From a virus, in the IMG/VR virus record IMGVR_UViG_3300026183_000827: 64,000 nucleotides of DNA. One strand, 5' to 3'. Below, piece by piece: positions 39,952 to 48,382 of the stretch (positions are counted from its first letter, which is position 1; each line of letters starts with the position of its first letter). The translations under genes and the position numbers were made by a program. A model generated the notes under the pieces. The model saw only the letters and a program-made list of their open reading frames with translations, was not told where the DNA came from and searched no databases.

Positions 39952-42171
39952 ATGAAGTGGCGCGACATAAAAGAAGATGGTAGAATAGTCAAAGGTGTTA
40001 ACACTACTGTTGACGTGGGCACTGATGAGATCAAAAAGCAGGCAGCAAAATTTGGATTTAAGGTAGACAAGGACGGACGTCCACAAAATCATCCAACTAA
40101 AATTAAAGGTAAATCAACTAATGTATTGTTTAATCTAGGATTAGCAGAAAGTGTTGCTATTAAGTTTGAACGTACAGACGAGTATGACATACTCCATATT
40201 AAAGAAAAAGGTAAAAACCGTGTAGAAGTACGTGGCAAAAAAGGATACGAAAGCGGCAACTACGATCCTAAAGACAAGTTACACCGTGTATTAGATAAAC
40301 TAGGTAAGGCTGCTAATATAAGTGAACTTATGAACGGAGAAACTGTTGTCCTTAATCCTAAACATCCAGACGGTCCTCGTGCTATCAAAACAGTAACATC
40401 TGAATGTCCTAGGACCAAAGCATCTAGTTGTCAATGCGAAAGTGTTAACAAAGTAACAGAAGCACAAGAAACTGTAACAGCAGTATGTGAATTATATCCT
40501 AATGACAATGTTGAAGGGACAATCCTATTTAAGCAACAACCTAATAAACCTACATTAATAATTGGAGAAATCAAAGGATTATCTCCGGGCAAGCATGGTT
40601 TTCATATACACGAATTCGGCGATTTAAGTAAAGGTTGCGAAAGTGCAGGTGGACACTACAACCCAGATAGAATAGATCATGGAGATTTATCTAAAGGTCA
40701 TGTTGGTGATTTAGGTAATATTACAGCAGACGAGAACGGAATAGCAGAAATCCGTATAGTTGCTAAACGAGTAGACTTATTAGGTGAAAGAAGTGTTGTC
40801 GGCAGGTCTGTTGTAGTGCATAGTGATGTTGATGATCTAGGCAGAGGCGACAACGAAGAAAGTTTAAAAACCGGTAATGCAGGCGATAGATTAGCTTGTG
40901 GAGTAATCGTTATGAAAGAAACAGTTAATGAAACAACAGTATATTCTAGAGACGAATTACCACAAATTAAAAACAAACAATTATCAAAACTAAAACATAC
41001 TATAGAAACAGTTGCGCTTGCAGATATAATACCTGTGCAAGAAGAACGTATTGTAGAAAATTTTAAACGTCAAGTTGATAATATTGTTGCTGGCAAGTAT
41101 AAACCAATTATTGTTGATTATAATAATAAAATTGTAAATGGCCATCATAGATACACTGCACTGGAAATGCTAGGCTATGAAAGTATAGAAGTTGCACGTT
41201 TGCCTTGGAGTTTGGAAACAATATTAGAAAAGTGGAGTCAAAAATATAAGCGTAGTATTAATTGCAACAATCCTAAAGGCTTTTCGCAGAAAGCACATTG
41301 TCAAGGACGTAAGAAAAAAGAAAGTATAGAAGAAGGTAAATTAAAATCTAAATCATATAAAAAAGCAGTTAAAGCAGCAGCAATGCAAGGTAAACGTCCT
41401 AAGAAAAAACTTAAAACAAAATTCAGTGAAAACTTTGCTAAAGCAGCAAAAGAAGATTTACTTGCATACAAGAGAATTATAGGACTTGCTAAAAAGGCTT
41501 ATGAAACTAATGAAATAGATCCTTACTTTTATGATGCAGTTAAAATCACTTTTGATATGAACTTGTATAAAAAAAATCCTAAACTTTTAAGCACACTTTT
41601 AAAAGTAGGCAGAAACCTAGCCAAAGAAGATTGGCCGGAAGTTGTTCAAGATATTAAGAAAAATACAGGCATTGATTTAGAAGCACATATTAGTGAAAAC
41701 TTTGCTGAAGGAAATTTACTTGCTAATCCACAGAATAGTGTGTTAGTAAAAAAAGAATATCCTTACGATTGGTATAAAATTGGCACACAGATTGCTAATC
41801 TTGACAATGTATCTCAACATATAAAGGATAGAAATAGACAAGATATCTATATTCAATTCTTTGGTGGAGAAAAAGAAAAAGAATTTATGATGAAAAAGTT
41901 AGGTGCTATTGGTTACGATGTTCAAGACGCTGACGGTTATCGTGATATGCACTTTGATGAGAATACTGAAGGTAGTTACATCCTTAGAATTAGAGAAAAC
42001 TTTGCTGATGGTAAAACAGATAGTAAAAGCAGACCAGGGCGTGTAAAGCGTTCAGGTGCTAGTTGTAATGGCAGTGTAACAGCATTACGCAAACGTGCTA
42101 AGAATGCAAGTGGTGAGAAGGCTAAGATGTACCACTGGTGTGCTAATATGAAAAGCGGAAGGAAAAAGTAA
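39952..42171 (+). CDS. Multidomain polyprotein containing Cu/Zn superoxide dismutase and ParB/Srx-like domains
   Basis: SOD: HGFHIHEFGD, GCESAGGHYNP, HVGDLGN, GRSVVVH, GNAGDRLACG. ParB-like: PIIVD...IVNGHHR. Confidence 0.88.
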   Translation: MKWRDIKEDGRIVKGVNTTVDVGTDEIKKQAAKFGFKVDKDGRPQNHPTKIKGKSTNVLFNLGLAESVAIKFERTDEYDILHIKEKGKNRVEVRGKKGYESGNYDPKDKLHRVLDKLGKAANISELMNGETVVLNPKHPDGPRAIKTVTSECPRTKASSCQCESVNKVTEAQETVTAVCELYPNDNVEGTILFKQQPNKPTLIIGEIKGLSPGKHGFHIHEFGDLSKGCESAGGHYNPDRIDHGDLSKGHVGDLGNITADENGIAEIRIVAKRVDLLGERSVVGRSVVVHSDVDDLGRGDNEESLKTGNAGDRLACGVIVMKETVNETTVYSRDELPQIKNKQLSKLKHTIETVALADIIPVQEERIVENFKRQVDNIVAGKYKPIIVDYNNKIVNGHHRYTALEMLGYESIEVARLPWSLETILEKWSQKYKRSINCNNPKGFSQKAHCQGRKKKESIEEGKLKSKSYKKAVKAAAMQGKRPKKKLKTKFSENFAKAAKEDLLAYKRIIGLAKKAYETNEIDPYFYDAVKITFDMNLYKKNPKLLSTLLKVGRNLAKEDWPEVVQDIKKNTGIDLEAHISENFAEGNLLANPQNSVLVKKEYPYDWYKIGTQIANLDNVSQHIKDRNRQDIYIQFFGGEKEKEFMMKKLGAIGYDVQDADGYRDMHFDENTEGSYILRIRENFADGKTDSKSRPGRVKRSGASCNGSVTALRKRAKNASGEKAKMYHWCANMKSGRKK
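41428..42006 (+). repeat. Three exact in-frame copies of GAAAACTTTGCT (ENFA)
   Basis: Copies at 41428-39, 41695-706 and 41995-42006. Confidence 0.85.
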
Positions 42172-42278
42172 TGGATTGCAAATGCGAAAATTGCGGGTGT
42201 GAACATCACTGCGGAACAGAATGCAAAGATTGTAAAAACGATGTTTGCCAAAACTGCAAGTGTGAACACTGTAAATGA
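42171..42278 (+). CDS. Metallothionein-like Cys-rich peptide (35 aa), not in ORF track
   Basis: MDCKCENCGCEHHCGTECKDCKNDVCQNCKCEHCK: 11 Cys, 3 His, no aromatic residues; TAATG-coupled to the SOD gene. Confidence 0.75.
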   Translation: MDCKCENCGCEHHCGTECKDCKNDVCQNCKCEHCK

Positions 42279-42382
42279 TAGATATAGAATATTACGTTAA
42301 AAAATTAAAAGATCACGAAACACAACGGCTAAGTACTAACGAACGTAATAATTTTTGGAGACAATATAATGAAAATAAATGA
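42275..42382 (+). CDS. Small hypothetical protein (35 aa), not in ORF track
   Basis: ATGA-coupled; MIDIEYYVKKLKDH... Confidence 0.5.
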   Translation: MIDIEYYVKKLKDHETQRLSTNERNNFWRQYNENK

Positions 42383-42575
42383 ATTTGCAACAGCAGGCGC
42401 TACTAGTGCAGGTAATGTTGCATCAGTTGCTAGTGTTCCAGGTGCTAAACGTAAAGTAAAAAAAGATAAAAATGGAATACCTAAAGCACCACAAGCTCTA
42501 AATCCGGACGGAACTGCTAAAAACGCACAAGACATAGACAAAAATTTAATGGGCGGCAAAACTATTAAAAGGTGA
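42369..42575 (+). CDS. Small probable head-associated protein
   Basis: GGAG RBS; MKINE|FATAGATSAGNVA. Confidence 0.65.
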   Translation: MKINEFATAGATSAGNVASVASVPGAKRKVKKDKNGIPKAPQALNPDGTAKNAQDIDKNLMGGKTIKR

Positions 42576-42578
42576 TTA

Positions 42579-43472
42579 GTGACAAATTTATTAATAACCT
42601 TTGGTTGCAGTTGGACATGGGGTGTTGGAATTTTTTATGAAGATGGTATGTCTTCAAAAGAGTATTTTGACCATCCTGTTGTTTATAAGCCTGAAGGAAC
42701 TTTCAGACAAATACTATCAGAAAAATGGAAATGTAAAAATTTAAACTTTTCTACCGGTGCTAGTAGTAATCAAAAACAATTTAGATATGCCAAACATTTT
42801 TTTGCAAGCGATGAATTTCTTAAATTAAAAAAAGAATATAAAAACATCACAGTTTTATGGGGCATTACATCTACTGCTAGAAATGAAATATGGGATTTTA
42901 AAAATAAAGATTTACAAAATTTAATCTTTACTAATCCAGGTAATAATCAATATACTTTTACTGTAAAAGAATGGACTAGATATTTCTATAATCACGAAAA
43001 CGAAGTTTTTACACTTGCAAAAGATATGAATTTTTTTAACAGTTATTTTGAATCATTAGGTATAAAAAATTATTGGTTTGATACTTTTAATCATCACGAT
43101 TATAGTAAAGAACATCCCGCTTTAAAATTTCAAGCAACAAATGAAAAACATCAAAATGAAGATAATTGGCACAAGCTAGAAAATGATGTTATTTTAAACG
43201 AAATAAAATTAAAAAGTTTAAAATCATCGAATAACATAAAAAATATGTTATTTGATAATCAACAACCTAGAGATTTGTGCAGTTTATTGTGTAAAGAATA
43301 TAATATAGATTATATAGATAATAATTATCATACTAGTTCATTTTCGGAAGATAGTAATAGAATAAAGTTTTTAGTCAATAATAATATACTTAATCCACAC
43401 AGCTATCATCCTACAAAATTAGGTCATCAAACTATTGCTAATTTAATACATAAAGAAATAAATACATTATAA
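42579..43472 (+). CDS. SGNH-like protein
   Basis: TFGCSWTWG, GASSN and C-terminal YHPTKLGH. Confidence 0.65.
   Translation: MTNLLITFGCSWTWGVGIFYEDGMSSKEYFDHPVVYKPEGTFRQILSEKWKCKNLNFSTGASSNQKQFRYAKHFFASDEFLKLKKEYKNITVLWGITSTARNEIWDFKNKDLQNLIFTNPGNNQYTFTVKEWTRYFYNHENEVFTLAKDMNFFNSYFESLGIKNYWFDTFNHHDYSKEHPALKFQATNEKHQNEDNWHKLENDVILNEIKLKSLKSSNNIKNMLFDNQQPRDLCSLLCKEYNIDYIDNNYHTSSFSEDSNRIKFLVNNNILNPHSYHPTKLGHQTIANLIHKEINTL
43457..43464 (+). promoter_or_regulatory. Late promoter AATAAATA inside the upstream CDS end
   Basis: Followed by an AGGAG RBS. Confidence 0.5.
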
Positions 43473-43484
43473 CAGGAGTTTAAT

Positions 43485-44315
43485 ATGTCTTTGCAATTCA
43501 AACATGGTTCTTATACCACTAAAAACTTTGACATGTGTGCAGATGCTGTAAAAGAATTTAACAAGGCTGCAAAAGATGAAAAAGTTGATAAACAAAAAAT
43601 GCTTAAGGCTGCTAGAGCAGTTGACAAATACTTAGGTATGGAAAAGAAAGCAAAAGAAAAGGGTAGTGCAACAAATGCCCAATTAGATTCATTTATGAAT
43701 GCTGTAGAAGATGCAAAGACAGCAATCTCAGATGCAGGATTAAAGGGGCACACTTATCACAAGTGGCATGTAGCAGATATGAAAAAATACGCAAAAGAAG
43801 AAGTTAAAGAAGGTTTAGGCGACATGGCGCACATGGCTGAAAAAGACCATGAGGTGCAAATGGCTCGTGCAGACCTGTACAAAATAGCAAAATATTCAAT
43901 TAAATTACACGAAATGTTAAAAGGTGTTTCAGAAGCCGAAGGCTTAGAAGGTTGGGTACAATCAAAAATTACCAAAGCAGCAGACTATTTAGGTTCAGTA
44001 TATCATCATTTAGATTATGAACAAGCAACTGGTGAGCTAGGTGAAGGCAAGTCGCCTCACAAGAAAGGTACTAAAGCATACAAGAAACATATGGCTGCAA
44101 TGCATGCTGAAAGTGCAAACGATCCATATAAGGCACAACTACGTGCTAAGTTAGCTGAAAAAACTAACGAAAGAAGCCTAACCAAAGGTGAAGAAGGCAA
44201 GCGTGAAAAGTATGTCAAGGGCATGAAAAAAGCCAAAGGCGACTTTAAAAAACGCTACGGTAAAGACGCAGAAGCAGTAATGTACGCAACAGCAACTAAG
44301 ATGGCCAAGAAATAA
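43485..44315 (+). CDS. Probable internal head protein (modular, Lys/Ala-rich)
   Basis: Segments separated by xxE sites (VKE|G, LGE|G, TNE|R). Confidence 0.6.
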   Translation: MSLQFKHGSYTTKNFDMCADAVKEFNKAAKDEKVDKQKMLKAARAVDKYLGMEKKAKEKGSATNAQLDSFMNAVEDAKTAISDAGLKGHTYHKWHVADMKKYAKEEVKEGLGDMAHMAEKDHEVQMARADLYKIAKYSIKLHEMLKGVSEAEGLEGWVQSKITKAADYLGSVYHHLDYEQATGELGEGKSPHKKGTKAYKKHMAAMHAESANDPYKAQLRAKLAEKTNERSLTKGEEGKREKYVKGMKKAKGDFKKRYGKDAEAVMYATATKMAKK

Positions 44316-44977
44316 TGGATTACCATAAACTACAACAACAACTATTTGAAATGGATCCTAGTGATCCTAGAGAAGATTTAGCAAAATTGCAACAGGCTGC
44401 ACAAGGCGGCGGAATTGATAATGTTGCTCCTATTAAAAATTATCTAGAAGAAAGTGTTGTAGTCGAAGAAGGATCAATACCATTAGGCATAGACAGTATT
44501 GCAGATTTTGCTGCATTAGCAGGTGTTAAACTAGAAGAAGGCGAACGCTGGGATAGATTTAAAGCAGCAGCAAAACATGGTGTAGATAATTATAACACTG
44601 TCAAAGCATTACGACCAAATCTAGATAAAAATAAAATTAAAAAACCAGGCGAAGAACCAGCAGATAGTACTGATAAAAAGAAGTTTTCTACTAAAAAACC
44701 AAATATAAATCAAGATAAAGTAGAAGCACTTGAGGCTAGAGTTGCATACTTAGAAAGTGTTATAGAAACTTTAATAGAAGCAGACGATCGTAAAATTAAA
44801 CCACGTGATCCTAACGCACAAACACTAAACGATTTACGTAAGAGTGGTGCAATGGGCGCACATAAAGATAAAAAGAAACTAGCAAAACAAGGCTACTCAA
44901 AACACAAAGGCAAATCACAATATGAATCTATCAAAGACGAGCTATGGGCACGTTTAAATGAATTTAATAAATCTTAG
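44315..44977 (+). CDS. Hypothetical, probable head protein
   Basis: LAGV-x-LEE motif; charged composition. Confidence 0.6.
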   Translation: MDYHKLQQQLFEMDPSDPREDLAKLQQAAQGGGIDNVAPIKNYLEESVVVEEGSIPLGIDSIADFAALAGVKLEEGERWDRFKAAAKHGVDNYNTVKALRPNLDKNKIKKPGEEPADSTDKKKFSTKKPNINQDKVEALEARVAYLESVIETLIEADDRKIKPRDPNAQTLNDLRKSGAMGAHKDKKKLAKQGYSKHKGKSQYESIKDELWARLNEFNKS

Positions 44978-45590
44978 ACCAAAATTTACTGACTCACCTT
45001 ATCTAACAAACCCAATCCAGCAACTAGACGCAGAAACATTACCCTTACGTGACTTTGATAAAGACGGTTACGAAGTTCCTGCACCTTTAGAACTAGCATA
45101 TTATCACACAAACAATGTAATTATGAATACTGAAATACAGTATCATATTGCGCCTGTACAAGAATGGTTCACAGATACTGAAAACAGTGAACTCGGCTTA
45201 GTATTAGATCACTGCATGATACTAACACGCTATGCCCTTGCAGGTGAAGCAAGAGAACAATTAGAAAAAGTAGCAAAGAATCGTCCTATTGTAAACAAAC
45301 TATTAAGTATTAAACCTAAATACGGTATAGATTTTTCACTTGACTATGTAACACATGATGTTATAATGGAAGTAATACATATAGAGCAGGACTTTACTAC
45401 TCTAGAAGAAGCAAACGCTGCAAAAGAACGACTAGAACACATAATTGATACTACAGATTGGTATCAAGGTGTTATAGATCTACAAAGCAGAAAACACGAA
45501 TGGGAAAATTTGTCAAGCGATGATCACTCAGACTACAAAGCACAATTTTTCGGTTGGCACAGAGCGTTTGACAACAAAAAAGTATTTTAA
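44958..45590 (+). CDS. Hypothetical protein
   Basis: 210-aa ORF. Confidence 0.7.
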   Translation: MNLINLRPKFTDSPYLTNPIQQLDAETLPLRDFDKDGYEVPAPLELAYYHTNNVIMNTEIQYHIAPVQEWFTDTENSELGLVLDHCMILTRYALAGEAREQLEKVAKNRPIVNKLLSIKPKYGIDFSLDYVTHDVIMEVIHIEQDFTTLEEANAAKERLEHIIDTTDWYQGVIDLQSRKHEWENLSSDDHSDYKAQFFGWHRAFDNKKVF

Positions 45591-45593
45591 TTT

Positions 45594-46574
45594 TTGGAAC
45601 CTAATTTGAGCGTACCTGATCTAGAAAGAGCAGTCGTTGAAGTGTTTGGTGGCTGTAATTATAAGTGTCAAATGTGTCCACAGACTACCGGAAGAGGTAA
45701 AGAGTGGACACGGAAGATGCCAATAGATATGTTTATTAATATATTAGACCAACTTCCTGGTAAACCTGTTATTAACTTAGAAGGGTCAGGTGAGCCTACT
45801 ATGGCAAAAGACTTGCCTAATTATATTGAAGAATGTACTAAGCGAGGATTTCCTAGCTTTATGTACAGCAACGGTAGTTTTTTTAGTGGTCATTTTATGC
45901 AAGAGTGTATTGATGCAGGCTTAAGATTTGCTAGATTTAGTTGTATAGGTTATAACAAAGACAAGTATAAACAATGGATGGCCGTAGATAACTTTGAGTT
46001 GTTAAAAACAAACATAATAAAAGCCAAAGAATACATCAAGGAAACTAATAGTAAATGTGTAGTTAGTAGTTATCATCTAATATTAGATAATAATCAAGTT
46101 GACTATGAAATCGATCAATATAGAAATAATTTTATTGGCCCTACAGGTACAATAGGTTATATATGGAAAATGCACAACTGGAGCGGAAACTATCAACCTT
46201 TATATCTACGTGATCCTAGTAAGCGTAGAACTTGTGGCCGGCCATTTGCTCCTGAAATTACAATACGTAGTGGAGGTAACGGAGGATTAAAAGGTGCAGT
46301 TACGCCTTGCTGTCAAACAATGGGTCCTCCAAATGAAACTTTAAGTGTACTAGGTCATGTACAAAATCAAACCATAGAAGAAATATGGTATGGCGACGAA
46401 TACAATAAACTTCGCAAAGCACATGAAATGAAAGATTTTGATAGTATTGATTATTGTAAAAATTGTGACTTTTTATACGATGATCCAGAAGTACTTGTTT
46501 GGTCAAATGATAAACAAGCAAGCACAGATTACATGCTTGGAACAAAATTTAGTCTAAAAGAGTACATGAATTAA
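45594..46574 (+). CDS. Radical SAM / SPASM domain protein
   Basis: CNYKCQMC, GSGEP, and SPASM-like CGRP...PCC...CKNC. Confidence 0.9.
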   Translation: MEPNLSVPDLERAVVEVFGGCNYKCQMCPQTTGRGKEWTRKMPIDMFINILDQLPGKPVINLEGSGEPTMAKDLPNYIEECTKRGFPSFMYSNGSFFSGHFMQECIDAGLRFARFSCIGYNKDKYKQWMAVDNFELLKTNIIKAKEYIKETNSKCVVSSYHLILDNNQVDYEIDQYRNNFIGPTGTIGYIWKMHNWSGNYQPLYLRDPSKRRTCGRPFAPEITIRSGGNGGLKGAVTPCCQTMGPPNETLSVLGHVQNQTIEEIWYGDEYNKLRKAHEMKDFDSIDYCKNCDFLYDDPEVLVWSNDKQASTDYMLGTKFSLKEYMN

Positions 46575-46575
46575 C

Positions 46576-47193
46576 ATGAGAACTCTTGAATTTTTTGAAA
46601 CAGATATAGATACTATAAACAAACATTTCTATTCTCGCAGCCCTTCTAATATTTTAGAACACTGTGTAAATAAAGTATTTGCTAATGGTAAAATAGTAGA
46701 TACTAAGACTCGTAAATATAGAGAAATTAATCATATAAATGCTTTTTATGAATTGCAAAAAGAATTATCTTCTGGTAAAAAACTAGAAGATCCTCTTTGT
46801 TTAAGTTATTGGAGTACTAATGTACATCAACTTACTGTCGGAAAAGCAAGAATGGCACTAACTGAAGTATATAAACTTCCTGTTGTGCTAATTGTAGACA
46901 ATTTTTCCGGCAAGAAATTTGCAAAAAAATTTAATTTAAAAAGAATAGAATACGACACAACTAATTTTATAAGATGGGAAGCAAGTATTCAACATTTTAA
47001 AAATAAACCTTGGTTTAGAAATTTAGAAAAGCAATACAGAGATATAAATCTAATACAGTTTTTAGCTGATAGAGATAATTATCAAAGACCTACAAGCACT
47101 ATATTTCATTTAGATAATGATAAAGTGTATTGTGAAAATGAAAAATTTTTAGAAAAGAAAAATAACAAATGGTTTTTTTCAAATTTAACTTGA
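46576..47193 (+). CDS. Hypothetical protein (AT-rich)
   Basis: 205-aa ORF. Confidence 0.65.
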   Translation: MRTLEFFETDIDTINKHFYSRSPSNILEHCVNKVFANGKIVDTKTRKYREINHINAFYELQKELSSGKKLEDPLCLSYWSTNVHQLTVGKARMALTEVYKLPVVLIVDNFSGKKFAKKFNLKRIEYDTTNFIRWEASIQHFKNKPWFRNLEKQYRDINLIQFLADRDNYQRPTSTIFHLDNDKVYCENEKFLEKKNNKWFFSNLT

Positions 47194-47218
47194 CAAAAAG
47201 AAAAACACATTGTATACT
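47190..47218 (+). promoter_or_regulatory. Sigma70-type promoter
   Basis: TTGACA-17 nt-TATACT. Confidence 0.8.
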
Positions 47219-47249
47219 AATATAAAATATATACCATAAGGAGATAAAA

Positions 47250-47510
47250 ATGGGATCTCGTACCTACGGCGCTGAAGAAAAAGCAAAACTAGAACGACTA
47301 GTAAAAGAAGGTGTAACTGTATTACAAGAAGTAGAAGATTTAAACACAGGCTTAAAAGAAACTGTAAAGGCTGTTGCAGAAGAACTTGATATTAAACCTA
47401 GTCTTATTAACAAGGCAATTAAAATTGCACAGAAACGTGACTGGGATTCACACGCAGATGCGTATGACGATCTCGAAACTCTTATCACTACGTTAGGGTA
47501 TGATAAATGA
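47250..47510 (+). CDS. dsDNA-binding protein (T4 DsbA/GapR-like)
   Basis: Helical 86-aa protein with LKETVKAVAEELDIKPSLINKAIK; AAGGAG RBS. Confidence 0.6.
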   Translation: MGSRTYGAEEKAKLERLVKEGVTVLQEVEDLNTGLKETVKAVAEELDIKPSLINKAIKIAQKRDWDSHADAYDDLETLITTLGYDK

Positions 47511-48109
47511 TAGAATCTGATGTTGAAAAGTTTGAAGATTTTATTGAGGTATACCACAACGTAGTATCTCCAGAATTTTGTAACGATACTATTGCACATT
47601 ATAATGCATTAGAACGAACAAGACGTGCATATTCTAGACAAGAATCTGAAGGTGCTGCTTATACTGATAAAACAGGCGGAGTAGCATTTCTAACTGATGA
47701 TCCAAATTTACAAAATTTTGATGTAACAGGCGAGATTTTATATCAATTTCACAATGCTAGTGCAGAATGTTTTAAACATTATGCAGAAAAGTTTGGTATT
47801 CTTTCACAACATCAACTTACTATGAATCATAATGTACAATTACAAAAAACGCCTAGAACAGGCGGCTATCATATTTGGCATTTTGAAAACAGCGGCGGCG
47901 GGAGTCATAAAAGAGCATTGTTTGTACAACTTTATCTTAACACGATTGACGAAGGTGGCGAAACGGAATTCTTATACCAAAGTAAACGTATTCCGGCTGT
48001 CCAAGGAAGTATGTTGATATGTCCTGCTGGTTTTACACATACACACAGAGGAAATCCTCCTCTAAAAGGAAACAAGTTTACAATTAATTCATGGGTAGAA
48101 TTTACTTAA
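47507..48109 (+). CDS. 2OG-Fe(II) oxygenase
   Basis: GGYHIWHFE, YLN...GGETEF and THTHRGNPP...K motifs. Confidence 0.9.
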   Translation: MIESDVEKFEDFIEVYHNVVSPEFCNDTIAHYNALERTRRAYSRQESEGAAYTDKTGGVAFLTDDPNLQNFDVTGEILYQFHNASAECFKHYAEKFGILSQHQLTMNHNVQLQKTPRTGGYHIWHFENSGGGSHKRALFVQLYLNTIDEGGETEFLYQSKRIPAVQGSMLICPAGFTHTHRGNPPLKGNKFTINSWVEFT

Positions 48110-48324
48110 TGCAAAAGCCTTATCAATGGTTAGCTTGGTTTAGTACAACAGCATTGTTATCAGCAGCTCTGTTAGCCGCTTTCAATGTCTACCCTTTGTA
48201 TATATACGCATTTATTGTTAGTAATAGTCTATGGACACTAATAGGTATTTTGTGGAAAGAAAAAAGTTTAGTCGTAATGAATACAGGACTAACTATAATA
48301 TATGTAGCAGGATTAGTGCTATAA
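48109..48324 (+). CDS. Small membrane protein
   Basis: TAATG-coupled; 2-3 hydrophobic helices. Confidence 0.7.
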   Translation: MQKPYQWLAWFSTTALLSAALLAAFNVYPLYIYAFIVSNSLWTLIGILWKEKSLVVMNTGLTIIYVAGLVL

Positions 48325-48325
48325 T
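48317..48325 (+). promoter_or_regulatory. Extended -10 promoter for polB
   Basis: TG-C-TATAAT. Confidence 0.5.
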
Positions 48326-48343
48326 CGCCCAAGAGGCAAGTAG

Positions 48344-48367
48344 ATGGTTAAGTTGGCCATAAGCAAC
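48344..48367 (+). promoter_or_regulatory. Predicted H-type pseudoknot next to the polB SD
   Basis: S1 ATGGT/GCCAT and S2 GTTG/CAAC, immediately before GAAGGAG. Confidence 0.5.
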
Positions 48368-48382
48368 GAAGGAGAAAAATGA

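Noticed and set aside
41428-42006. CRISPR-like array
   Set aside because: The repeats are only 12-15 nt, in frame within a CDS, with 255-288 nt between them and no cas genes.
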